A stretch of DNA of 64,000 bases from Squalus acanthias (lineage: Eukaryota), in NCBI GenBank assembly GCA_030390025.1, contig CM059432.1, positions 152,894,001 through 152,958,000 of the forward strand, in the 5' to 3' direction. Both the position numbers and the translations under genes were made by a program. The notes beneath the pieces were generated by a model. It saw only the letters and a list, made by a program, of their open reading frames with translations, was not told the origin of the DNA and searched no databases. How positions within the stretch are numbered: position 1 is the first letter of the stretch; each line of letters opens with the position of its first letter. Shown here in pieces: positions 24,930 to 36,933 of this stretch.

Positions 24930-27900
24930 GGAACAGTAGCATAGTGGTTATGTTACTGGATGTAGTAATCCAGAGGCCTGGACTAATGATCCAGTAGATG
25001 TCAGTTCAAATCCCACCACGGCAGCTGGGGAATTTAAATTCAGTTAATTAAATAAATCTGGAATAAAAAGCTAGTGTCAGTAATGGTGACAATGAAACTA
25101 TCAGATTGTTGTAAAAACCCATGTGGTTCACTAATATCCTTTAGAGAAGGAAATCTGCTGTCCTTACCTGGTCTGGCCTATATGTGACTCCAGGCCCACA
25201 GCAATGTGGTTGACTCTTAACTGCCCTCTGAAATGGCCCAGCGAGACACTCAGTTGTACACAACTGCTACGAAAAACAATAATAAGAATCAAACCAGATC
25301 GACTTCGGACACAACAACGACACATCCAGCCTAGTCATAGAATCATAGAAGATAGGAGCAGGAGTAGGCCATTCGGCCCCTCTAGCCTGCTCTGCCATTC
25401 AATGCGATCATGGCTGATCATCCAAATTCAGTACCCTGTCCCTGCTTTCTCCCCATATCCCTTGATCCCTTTAGCCTTAAGAAATATATCCAACTCCTTC
25501 TTGAATATATTTCATGAATTGGCCTCTACTGCCTTCTGTGGCAGAGAATTCCACAGGTTCACCACTCTCTGGGTGAAGAAATTCCTCCTAATTTCTGTCC
25601 TAAATGGCTTACCCCTTATCCTTAGACTGTGACCCCTGGTTCTGGACTCCCCCGCCTTCGGGAACATCCTTCCTGCATCTAGTTTGTCCTGTCCTGTCAG
25701 AATTTTATAAGTTTCAATGAGATCCCCTCTCATTCTTCTAAACTCCAGCGAGTATAAGCCCAATCGACCCAATCTCTCTTCATACGTCATTCCTGCCATC
25801 CCAGGTATCAGCCTTGTGAATCTTCGCTGAACTCCTTCCATGGCAAGAACATCCTTCCTCAGATAAGGCGACCAAAACTGCACACAGTACTCAAGGTGTG
25901 GTCTCACCAAGGCCCTGTACAACTGCAGCAAGACATCCTTGTTCCTGTACTCAAACTCTCTCACTATGAAGGCCAACATACCATTTGCCTTCTTAACCGC
26001 CTGCTGCACCTGCATGCTTACCTTCAGCGACTGGTGCACAAGGACACCCAGGTCTCGTTGCACTTCCCCTTCTCCCAATCTATTCAGATAATAATCTGCC
26101 TTTCTGTTTTTGACACCAAAGTGGATAACCTCGCATTTATCCACGTTATATTGCATCTGCCACGCTTCTGCCCACTCACCCAACCTGTCCAAATCATCCT
26201 GGAGTTTCTCTGCATCCTCCTCACAGCACACATGCCCACCCAGCTTTGTGTCGTCTGCAAACTTGGAGATATTACATCTAGTTCCCTTGTCTACCCTGCA
26301 AAATTCTCCTCACTAACATCTGAGGACTTGTGCCAAAATTGGCAGAGCTGTCCCACAGACTAGTCAAGCAACAACCTGACATAGTCATACTCACAGAACC
26401 ATACCTTTCAGCCAATGTCCCAGATTCCTCCATCACGATCCCTGGGTCTTTCCTGTCCCACCAGCGGTATACAGTCAGGAAGGAGTGGCCCTGGGAGTCC
26501 TCAACATTGACTCCAGTCTCATGGCTTCAGGTCAAGCACGGGCAAGGAAACCTCCTGCTGATTGCCACCTACCACTCTCCCTCAGCTGATGAATCAGTAC
26601 TCCTCCATGTTGAACACCACTTGGAAGAAGCACTGAGGGTAGCAAGGACACAGAATGTACTCTGGGTGGAAGACTTCAATGTCCATCACCAAGAGTGGAT
26701 TGGTAGCACCTCTACTGACCGAGCTGGCTGAGTCCTGAAGGACATAGCTGCCAGACTAGGACTGTGACAGGTGGTGAGAGAACCAACACGAGGGAAAAAC
26801 CTACTTGACCTTGTTCTCACCAATCTACCTGTTGCAGATGCATCTGTCCATGACAGTATTGGTAGCAGTGACCACCGCACAGTCATTGTGGAGACGAAGT
26901 CCCGTCTTCACACTGAGGACATCCTCCATCGTGTTGTGTGGCACTACCACCGTGCTAAATGGGATAGATCTAGCAGCTCAAAACTGGGCATCCATGAGGT
27001 GCTGTGGGCCAGCAGCAGAATTGTATTCCACCACAATCTGTAACCTCATGGCCCGGCATATCCCATCACTCTACCATTACCATCAAGTCAGGGGACCAAC
27101 CCTGGTTTATTGAGGAGTGCAGAAGAGCATGCCAGGAGCAGCACCAGGCATACCTAAAAATGAGGTGCCAACCTGGGGAAGCTGCAACACAGGACTACAT
27201 GCATGCTAAAAAGCGGAAGCAGCATGCTATAGATAGAGCTAAGCGATCCCACAATCAACGGATCAGATCAAAGCTCTGCAGTCCTGCCACATCCAGTCAT
27301 GAATGGTGGAGGACCATTAAACAACTAATGGGAGGAGGAGGCTCCAAGAATATCCCCATCCTCAATGATGGCGGAGCCCAGCACGCAAGTGCAAAAGACA
27401 AGGCTGAAACGTTTGCAACCATCTTCAGCCAGAAGTGCCGAGTGGATGATCTATATCGACCTCCTCCTGAGGTCTCCACCATCACAGAAGCCAGTCTTCA
27501 GCCAATTCGATTCACTCCACGTGATATCAAGAAACAGCTGAGTGCACTGGATACAGCAAAGGCCGTGGGCCCCGACAACATCCCGGCTATCGTGCTGAAG
27601 ACTTGTGCTCCAGAACTAGCCGCGCCTCTAGCCAAGCTGTTCCAGTACAGCTACAACACTGGCATCTGCCTGACAATGTGGAAAACTGCCCAGGTATGTC
27701 CTGTCCACAAAAAACAGGACAAATCCAATCCGGCCAATTACCGCCCCATATGTCTACTCTCAATCATCAGCAAAGTGATGGAATTCGACAGTGCTATCAA
27801 GCAGCACTTACTCACCAATAACCTGTTCACCAATGCTCAGTTTGGGTTCTGCCGGGACCACTCGGCTCCAGACCTCATTACAGCCTTGATCCAAACATGG

Positions 27901-29108
27901 ACAAAGGAGCTGAATTCCAGAGGTGAGGTGAGAGTGACTGCCCTTGACATCAAGGCAGCAATTGACCGAGTGTGGCATCAAGGAGCCCTAGTAAAATTGA
28001 AGTCAATGGGAATCAGGAGGAAAACTCTCCACTGATTGGAGTCATACCTAGCACAAAGGAAGTTGGTTGTAATTGTTGGAGGTCAATCATCTCAGCCCCA
28101 GGACATCGCTGCAGGAGTTCCTCAGGGCAATGTCCTAGGCCCAACCTTCTTCAGCTGCTTCTTCAATAACCTTCCCTCCATCATAAGGTCAGAAGTGGGG
28201 ATGTCCGCTGATGATTGCACAGTATTCAATTCTATTCGCAATTCCTCAGATAATAAAGCAGTCTGTGGTCGCATGCAACAAAACCTGGACGACATTTAGG
28301 CTTGGGCTGATAAGTGGCAGGTAACATTCCCACCACACAAGTGCCAAGCAATGACTATCTCCAACAAGCGAGAGTCTAACCACCTCCCCTTGACATTCAA
28401 AGGTATTACCATCATTGAATCCCCCACCATCAACATCCTGGGGGTCACCATTGACCAGAAACTTAACTGGATCAGCCACATAAATACTGTGGCAACAAGA
28501 GCAGGTCAGAGGTTAGGTATTCTGCGGCGAGTGTCTCACCTCCTGACTCCCCAAAGCCTTTCCACCATCTACAAGGCACAAGTCAGGAGTGTGATGGAAT
28601 ACTCTCCACTTGCCTGGATGAGTGCAGCTCCAACAACACTCAAGAAGCTCGACACCATCCAGGACAAAGCAACCCACTTGATTGGCACCCCATCCACCAC
28701 CTTAAATATTCACTCCCTCCACCACCGGCGTACCGTGCCTGCAGTGTGTACCATCTACAAGATGCACTGCAGCAACTCGCCAAGGCTTCTTCAGCAGCAC
28801 CTCCCAAACCCGCAACCTCTTCCACCTAGAAGGACAAGGGCAGCAGGTGCATGGGAACACCACCACCTTCAAGTTCCCCTCCAAGTCACACACCATCCTG
28901 ACTTAGAAATATATCGCCGTTCCTTCATCGTCGCTGGGTCAAAATCCTGGAACTCCCTTCCTAACAGCACTGTGGGAGTACCTTCACCACACGGACTGCA
29001 GCGGTTCAAGAAGGTGGCTCACCACCAACTTCTCGAGGGCAACTAGGGATGGGCAATAAATGCTGGCCTTGCCAGTGACGCCCACATCCCAGGAACGAAT
29101 AAAAAAAA
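24930..29108 (+). mobile_element. Full-length single-ORF LINE with tRNA-derived head and Meta-type SINE body; ORF disrupted
   Basis: tagcatagtgg (A box), gttcaaatcc (B box), SINE body, then endonuclease (26330-), RT, tail and poly(A) 29101-29108; interrupted by CR1 25335-26287. Confidence 0.88.
25335..26287 (-). mobile_element. CR1 3' fragment
   Basis: ORF 25512-26231 plus tail ending tctatgattctatga. Confidence 0.92.
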
Positions 29109-29530
29109 GGGAGTATTTGGTGCTCACACTGGGTGACTGAATTGGAAAGTGCTCCATTTCCCGGTGCCAACCTTGACAAGCGCAAACAAAATCTGAAGAA
29201 AAAATTTATTTAAAATTTCAGCCACTGGAATAAGACAGGCAACCAAGTGAAATTAAATTCAGAGTAACATTACCCACATGTAGCTGAGCTACCAACACTC
29301 ACATAAAGTTCAGGCACAAATACAAAAGATTACTACTGGTAGCTCACGTTATACGGAGATTCACCTATAGTCAATTCCCAGCTGTAGGCCGCCATTGTAT
29401 CTGGCGTCTTTGCTGTGCTCCATTTTGCCCCATTGCTGACCTTAGGGTTCACTGCAGTAAGCTGTGTGTATCAATTCACCACGATAGTCAGGGTTAGGGA
29501 GTGATATTCAAACATCTGTGTGTTAAAGCA

Positions 29531-29638
29531 TTTTGCCTATGTTGTGCCTACACTTGAAAAGTACTTCATGGCTGTGAATCGCTTTGGGATACCCTGGGGT
29601 TATAAAAGGTCCGAAGAAATGCAAGTTCTTTCTTCTTT
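29531..29638 (+). mobile_element. Degenerate Deu-SINE/L2-type tail
   Basis: ctacacttgaaaagtacttcatggctgtgaatcgctttggga..aaatgcaagttctttc. Confidence 0.6.
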
Positions 29639-29850
29639 CAGACTGAAGCCTAGAAATTCGGGGTTTAGCGCCAGCCGTTAAGGCCCATTTTGGGGAGGTC
29701 GGTAACGCTGCTGTTGCCAGCGCTCACTACAAATATATAGATTAGGCAGATTGTGATGTCAATGATTGATTGGACGCACAATCTGCCATTTTGGACATCG
29801 CCGCTCCTTTTACCGCCCTCTCCTAATCACGACCAGCTGACCAAGTGTTC

Positions 29851-30014
29851 AGCAGCAGGAAGGAGCCCCCAGCAGCAGGAAGGAGCCCCCAGCAGCAGGA
29901 AGGAGCCCCCAGCAGCAGGAAGGAGCTCCCAGCAGCAGGAAGGAGCTCCCAGCAGCAGGAAGGAGCTCCCAGCAGCAGGAAGGAGCTCCCAGCAGCAGGA
30001 AGGAGCTCCCAGCA
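29851..30014. repeat. 20-bp tandem repeat (agcagcaggaaggagcyccc) x about 8
   Basis: Directly visible; ends just before tatttaaa at about 30019. Confidence 0.95.
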
Positions 30015-30211
30015 ACGCTATTTAAAGGGATCATCAACAACTTGCAGCTGACTTGCTTTTTGAATTCTACTGACTCTGTCCAAGTTTCTGCAACTGGTTG
30101 GAGCTTTCTAAACTTGTTTAAAGTTGCTGAGGTCACATGGAGTGTTCCTGCAATTGGAGAACGCCTTGCTTCTCATTTAAAGGTTTCTGCTCACACCACT
30201 TGCTCCCAGTC

Positions 30212-32817
30212 ATGGGGGCTATACTTGCAGTCCCCCTCGCGCTCGAGTATGACAGGGAGATGGAGCGGAGGCAGCGAAGAAGAGAAGATGCTTGCAGAGG
30301 GAGGAGGAGGAGGGCCAGGAGGGCTCTCAGCAGGAGGCCTTACACACCTAGGGTCTGCCGAGAGCACTTCTCCGACCTGCACTTAAGCCAGGAGCAATGT
30401 ATTAGGAGGCTCCGCTTCACCAAGGAGGTGGTCACAGAACTCTGCCACCTCCTGCAACCAGACCTGGAGCCTCAGAGCAGAGTCTCCCAGTGACCCTCCA
30501 GGTCACCGTCGCCTTCAGTTTTTTCTCCACCAGATCCTTCCAGTCTGGAGCAGTAGACATAGTTAACATCCCCCAGTTCGCCATCCATCGATGCATCTGG
30601 GAGGTCACTGAGGCTCTCTACACCAGGAGAAGGGACGTCATTGTCTTCTCTCTGAGCAGAGAGAAGCAGGATGAGCGTTCATGTGGCTTTGCCAGGATAG
30701 CGGGATTCCCCATGGTGTAGGGCGCCATCGACTACACGCACGTGGCTTTGCGGGCACCGCATAACAATCCTGAGATGTTCCGTAACCGCAATGGTTACCA
30801 CTCATTTAATGTGCAGTTGTTGTGTGACCACACCCAGCGCATCATCGAATCATAGAACTTTACGGCACAGAAGGAGCCCATTCGGCCCATCGTGTCTGCT
30901 CCGGTCGAAAAAGAGCTATCCACCCGAATCCCACTTCCCAGCTCTTGGTCCATGGCCCTGTAGGTTGCAGCACTTCAAGTGCATATCCAAGTACTTTTTT
31001 AATGTGTTGAGCATTTCTGCCTCTACCACCCTTTCAGGCAGTGAGTTCCAGACCCCCGCCATCCTCTGGGTGAAAATATTTCTCCTCAACTCTCCTCTAA
31101 CCCTTCTGCCAATTACTTTAAATCCCCTGCCCCCTGGTTATTGACCTCTCTGCTAAGGGAAATAGGTCCTTCCTATCCACTCTATCCAGGCCCCTCATAA
31201 TTTTATACACCTCAATAAGGTCTCCCCTCAGCCTCCACTGTTCCATAGAAAACAGACCCAGCCTATCCAGTCTTTCCTCATAGCTAAAATTCTCCAGTCC
31301 TGGCAACATCCTTGTAATTCTCCTCTGTACCATCTCGAGTGCAATCACATCTTTCCTGTAATGTGGTGACCAGAACTGCATGCAATACTCTAGCTGAGGC
31401 CTAACTAGTCTTTTATACAGTTGAAGCATAACCCCCCCCTGCTCTTGTATTCTATGCCTCGGCTAATAAAGGCAAGCATTCCGTATGCCTTCTTAACCAC
31501 CTTATCTACCTGGCCTGCTACCTTCAGGGATCTGTGGACATGCACTCCAAGGTCCCTCTGTTCCTCTACACTACTCAGTGTCCTACCATTTATTGTGTAT
31601 TCCCTTGTCTTGTTAGCCCTCCCCAAATGCATTACCTCACACTTCTCCGGATTGAAATCCATTTGCCACTGTTCTGCCCACCTGACCAATTTATTGATAT
31701 CTTCCTGCAGTCTACAGCTTCCTTCTTCAGTATCAACCACACAGCCGATTTTAGTATCATCTGCAAACTTCTTAATCATACCCCTACATTGAAGTCTAAA
31801 TCATTGATATATACCACAAAAAGCAGTGAACCTAGTACTGAGCCCTGCGGAACCCCACTGGAAACAGCCTTCCAGTCACAAAAACACCCATCAACCATTA
31901 CCCTCTGCTTCCTGTCTCCGAGCCAGTTTTGAATACAACTTGACACTTTCCCTTGGATCCCACTGGCTTTACTTTTTTGGCCAAACTGCCATGTGGGACC
32001 TTGTCAAAAGCCTTGCTAAAATCCATGTAGATTACATCAAACGCACTACCCTCATCGACCCTCCTCGTAACCTCCTCAAAAAATTCAATCAAGTTAGTCA
32101 GACACGACCTTCCCTTAACAAATCCATGCTGACTGTCCTTGATTAATCCGTGTTTTTCTAAATGACGATGTATACTGTCCCTCAGAATTTTTTCCAATAA
32201 TTTTCCCACCACCGAGGTTAGGCTGACTGGCCTGTAATTACTCGGTCTATCATTTTCTCCATTTTTAAACAATGGCACAACGTTAGCAGTCCTCCAGTCC
32301 TCCGGCACCACACCTGTAGCCAGAGAGGATTGGAAAATGGTGGTTGGAGCCTCCGCTATTTCCTCCCTTGCCTCTCTTAACAGCCTGGGATAGTGAATTC
32401 ATGATAATGAATGCCTACTATCCTGGCAGCAGTCATGATGCCTTCATCCTGTGCCAGTCCGGTGTGCCAGCAACCTTCCAGCCACCACGCCAAACCCGAG
32501 GGTGGCTGCTCAGAGACAAGGGCTATCCGCTCTGCACCCGGCTCATGACTCCCCTCCGTAACCCCACCACTCGTGGCCAACAGTCATATAGTGAGGAGCC
32601 CTCCAGTACTCGCCGGAGCGTGTGCCCTATTTCGTGGTGGTCGGCTGCATGCTCCACAACTTGGCCATCATGAAGGTGCAGCCCTTGCCCTTGCCGGGAC
32701 CACCTCAGAAGAAGGAGGAGGAAGAGGAAAAGGAAGAGGAAGAAGAGGAGACAGGCAGCAGATCCCCGTTCCGGACGGGCTGTCTGTGAGCACCTCATCA
32801 GTCTCTGATTCCAGTGA
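30212..32817 (+). pseudogene. Harbinger DDE transposase (HARBI1-like), disrupted
   Basis: RRLRFTKE.., GFPMV*GAIDYTHV..NRNGYHSFNVQLLCD, then after the CR1 insert YPGSSHDAFIL..WLLRDKGYP..LMTP..CMLHN. Confidence 0.9.
30847..32392 (-). mobile_element. 5'-truncated CR1 inserted in the transposase gene
   Basis: ORFs 31898-32311, 31405-31779, 31118-31429 with CR1 RT motifs and tail. Confidence 0.92.
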
Positions 32818-32954
32818 ATGAAACCCAGATCCCCGTTGCTCACCACTTCCCCATCAGACCATCCCTCTGTCATCGAACATCATGGCGACCTCCTGGGCAC
32901 AAAGCTGAAATGAGAGACACCACAAAGCACACATTCCAAACAAAATTCATAAAT

Positions 32955-34272
32955 TTATGAATCCACCACACCCAGCATCATCTGTGGGTCCACAAGGTCT
33001 CTCCTGGCGTTGTCCATCACTTCCATCCTGGAAATCCTGGGCTCCAAGCTCTGCACAAATCCCTGTGCAAGGTTGGAGCCGGACTCCTTCATGCTCCTTG
33101 ACACTGACAAGAGGTTCTCTGGCAGGCTTGCCATTGCACCAAGCATTTCCGTGTGCATGCTCATCACCCTTCTTCTGAAGGCCGCCCCATTGAGGTCATC
33201 ACCTGAGTCCTGTGCAGCAGAACTTGTGTGCGACCTCACCCTCTGGGGAGCAGGCACCCGAGCTACCCTTTCTCCCTGGCCTGGCATGCAGATCTCACCT
33301 CTATACTGCCCTCTAAAGTCTGCGCAGTGCCATTTTCTGAGCTCATGTCTGCATGTGTCAGATGCAGAGCTGGTGTCTTTTCTTCTTCTTCTTCTCCTCT
33401 TCCATCAGTGTGTACATGATTTTGAGGTATAGGCTGTGCTGGTGGCAGGTCTTGTGTATCTGAAAGCAGAAAGGCACAAGGGTTGGGTTGTGGTGAGGGG
33501 AGGCGGGGAAAGCAAGATATCCATTCATACACCATCAGCAGCTTGTAAGTGAGAAGAGATTGTGGGATGAGGGGGAAGTGGGTTGTGAGAAGAAGAATCA
33601 GCAATGCTTTCAACTTCGCTCGCCACGGATTCTGTCACAGCCCCTCCAATAATTTGGAACACTGATTCCTCCAGGTCCATTAGGATGTGAATCCTCGCTT
33701 GGCTGCCTCCTGTCTGTTGTTGCTTGTGATGGTTGTGAGCCACCTTGGCCTGCAAGAGAAACGGAAGTGTGTCAGTGAATATAGTTCAATGTATTTGGGT
33801 GATGTGCCTGCCATGGTTGAATAGCTGTCATTTTGTGAAAGGTGTGAGATGAGGGTGTGAGTGTTGCAGCAGTGGTAAGTGTGTGAGGGTGAAGTGAAGC
33901 AATGATTGTGAGGTCTGAGTGGTGATAGCTGGAGATTGTTGGTAGGTGACTGATGGGGGTGTGGTGCATTGAGCAGTGTGTGAGGCTAGTGGTGCAGATG
34001 GTGGGATTATGACATTTGATGCATTCATTCACCTTGACCTGCCGTGTGAGGTCATTAAACTTTTTACGGCCCTGGATCCATTTCCTGGGGACAACATTCG
34101 TTGCCGTGACGGATTGTGTGATCTCCTCCCAGATCCTTCTGCTAATGACCTTTGATGGCCTCTTGCCCCCGTGCGGGCAAAGGACAGCCCATCGACGCTC
34201 TGCCCCCAGGATCAAGGTCTCCAGTGCGGCATCCGAGAACCTTCTCGCCCTTTCGCTAGGCTGTTGCGCCAT
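32955..34272 (-). pseudogene. Harbinger Myb/SANT-like DNA-binding gene, three exons
   Basis: Exon 1 RARRFSDAALETL..WEEI..KKFNDLTRQVK|gtgaat; acceptors cttgcag (about 33750) and ctttcag (about 33460). Confidence 0.82.
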
Positions 34273-34530
34273 TCCTTCTTCTTGCTGACAATGAGGTGCT
34301 TCTGCAACAAAGCACTTTCCCTTTAATTAGTGCCGAGAGCCGAGGCCAAACGTTATCGGCCAATAGACTGCAACCGATATTGGCCCCCCCCCCCCCCATT
34401 GAGCGCTGAGCCAATCAGCAGCGGGTTTAGTGCTGAGATCATTATAATGAGTAAGCAGCACGAAGTTTGCATGAATAACACTGTGCGGTGCCCCGCCCAT
34501 TTTTGGGCCTTATTCAATTTCTAGGCCTAA

Positions 34531-34981
34531 AAAAAGAAAGACTTGCATTTATATAGCGCCTTTCACAACCACCTGACATCCCAAAGTACTTTACAGACAA
34601 TGAAGTACTTTTTGAAGTGTAGCCACTGTTGTAATGTAGGAAACACGGCAGCCAATTTGTGCACAGCAAGCTCCCACAAACAGCAATGTGATAATGACCA
34701 GATAATCTGTTTTAGTGATGTTGATTGAGGGAGAAATATTGGCCCCAGGACACTGGGGAGAACTCCCCTGCTCTTCTTCGAAATAGTCCCACGGGATCTT
34801 TTATGTCCACCTGAGAGAGCAGACGGGGCCTCGGTTTAACGTCTCATCTGAAAGACGGCACCTCCAACAGTGCGGCACTCCCTCAGCACTGCAGTGAAAT
34901 GTCAGCCTAGATTTTGTGCTCAAGTCTCTGGACCTTCTGACTCAGAAGCAAGTGCGCTCCCAACTGAGCCACGGCTGACAC
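34531..34981 (-). mobile_element. Near full-length Deu-domain SINE (SacSINE1-like)
   Basis: tRNA-like head gtgtcagccgtggctcagttgg (B-box region deleted), Deu core, L2-type tail gctatataaatgcaagtctttc. Confidence 0.9.
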
Positions 34982-35718
34982 CTTCTTAGTGTATTCTGTC
35001 ACAACGCCTTGTAATTAACCATCCGTTGAAGCTAAGACACCCAATCAGAAGATAATGCAAGTAAAGGAAACAAAATGGAGACAAAACTAAACAGCAAAGG
35101 CATCACATTTTACAGAAGTTGAACTGTTTATTTTTATAAAATGAACTCTCGAGGTAAAACGCTGGAGTATGCTATGATTTAGATTTTACGATCACCATTG
35201 GCCTGATTAGCCATTCTTCATGTATGAGTTTAGGCAACGAGTATCAGGAGGCTACTCATGAGCCACCTAGTCTAATCCCATTCTCTGCTCATTCCCCATT
35301 GCTCTTTTCAAATATATATCTAATTCCTTTTTAAAATGAGCGTTTGGACTCTATTTTGACAATGGTTTGACTCCGGAGGAGGCGGACCTGTGTGGGAGCG
35401 GCAGCGGGACCTGAGAGAAGGCGGAGCGGCCATAAAGGAGCGCTGCAGAGGAGGCCCGACACCGGAGTGCTGCGAGTTGGGAAAGAGTCCGAGAGCGGGA
35501 GCAGTCAAACAACAACTGCGAAACCGCTAAAGTGACGTCACAACCAAGGAAGGCGCTGATTGGTAAGTAGGACCTGGTGAGTATTTCTAGTCTAGTCGTT
35601 GAAGTAAAAGTAAGGTCTCTAGTTTAGAGTAAGTAGTGTTTTAAGGGAAGTAAGGTCCCTAGTGTATTTAATATTCTTTCATTTAAAGGAAGTAAAGGGA
35701 GTAAATTAAGGGTAGGAC

Positions 35719-36669
35719 ATGGCAGGGCAGCTCGGCAGCGTGGAGTGCTCCTCCTGTGCTATGTCGGAAGTCAGGGACACTTTCGGTGTCCAGGGCGAAC
35801 ACATGTGCAGGAAGTGTCTCCAGCTGCAGCTACTCGAAATCCGCGTTTCGGAGCTGGAGCTGCGGCTGGAGTCACTGTGGAGCATCCGCGAAGCTGAGAT
35901 CTTTGTGGATAGCACGTTTAACGAGGTGGTCACACCGCAGGTAAAGAGTGCACAGGCAGACAGGGAATGGGTGACTGCCAGACAGAGTAAAAGAACTAGG
36001 AAAGTAGTGCAGGAGTCCCCTGGGTCCATCTCCCTCTCCAACAGATTTTCTGTTTTGAATACTGCTGGGGGAGATGGTTTCTCAGGGGAATGCAGCAAGA
36101 GCCAAGTCCGTGGCACTACGAGTGGCTCAGCTGCACAGGAGGGGAGGAAAAAGAGTGGGAGAGCAATTGTGATCGGGGATTCTATCGTAAGGGGAACAGA
36201 TAGACGTTTCTGTGGCCGCAGACGTGACTCCAGGATGGTATGTTACCTCCCTGGTGCCAGGGTCAAGGATGTCACTGAATGGCTGCAGGGCATTCTGAAG
36301 GGGGAGGGCGAACAGTCAGAGGTCGTAGTTCACATTGGTACCAACGACATGGGTAGAAAGAGGGATGAGGTCCTGCAACAAGAATTTAGAGAGTTAGGTA
36401 GCAGATTAAAAAGCAGGACCTCAAAGGTTGTAATCTCTGGATTACTCCCGGTACCACGTGCTAGTGAGTATAGGAATAGGAGGATAGAGCAGATGAATGC
36501 GTGGCTAAAGAGTTGGTGCAGGAGGGAGGGCTTTAGCTTCCTGGATCACTGGGCCTGCTTCTGGGAAAGGTGGGACCTGTACAAGTCGGATGGGTTGCAC
36601 CTGAACCGGAACGGGACCAACATCCTTGCGGGGAGGTTTGCTAGTACTGTTGGGGGGGGTTTAAACTAA
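35719..36669 (+). CDS. CR1 ORF1 protein (zinc finger/leucine zipper plus SGNH esterase), open frame
   Basis: CSSC..CRKC, coiled coil, IGDS, HIGTND, DGLHL. Confidence 0.88.
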   Translation: MAGQLGSVECSSCAMSEVRDTFGVQGEHMCRKCLQLQLLEIRVSELELRLESLWSIREAEIFVDSTFNEVVTPQVKSAQADREWVTARQSKRTRKVVQESPGSISLSNRFSVLNTAGGDGFSGECSKSQVRGTTSGSAAQEGRKKSGRAIVIGDSIVRGTDRRFCGRRRDSRMVCYLPGARVKDVTEWLQGILKGEGEQSEVVVHIGTNDMGRKRDEVLQQEFRELGSRLKSRTSKVVISGLLPVPRASEYRNRRIEQMNAWLKSWCRREGFSFLDHWACFWERWDLYKSDGLHLNRNGTNILAGRFASTVGGGLN

Positions 36670-36933
36670 CTTAGCAGGGGGATGGGATACGGAGTGGAGC
36701 TATAGTAGGGGGTGATGCACAGCCAAATATAGAGGAAAAAACAAGTCAGCCTGGAAGGCAGAGCAAATATGTAATGGCACAAGGGAGTATGGCAAGGCTG
36801 GATGGCATTTATTTTAATGCAAGGAGTCTTGCGAGTAAGGCAGATGAATTGAAGGTGTTGATAAACACATGGGAGTATGATATTGTTGCTATCACAGAGA
36901 CATGGTTGAGGGAGGGGCAGGACTGCAGCTCAA

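Larger units (their letters stand above)
29647..34527. mobile_element. Two-gene PIF/Harbinger transposon (decayed)
   Basis: TIR gcctagaaatt/aatttctaggc, flanks TGA/TAA, convergent transposase and Myb/SANT genes. Confidence 0.9.

Noticed and set aside
29753..30136. Repetitive ORFs (AAGRSSQQQEGAPSS)
   Set aside because: Artefact of the 20-bp tandem repeat
30212..32817. Host HARBI1 gene
   Set aside because: Has stops, frameshifts, a CR1 insertion, TIRs and several paralogous fragments in the window; it is a transposon copy
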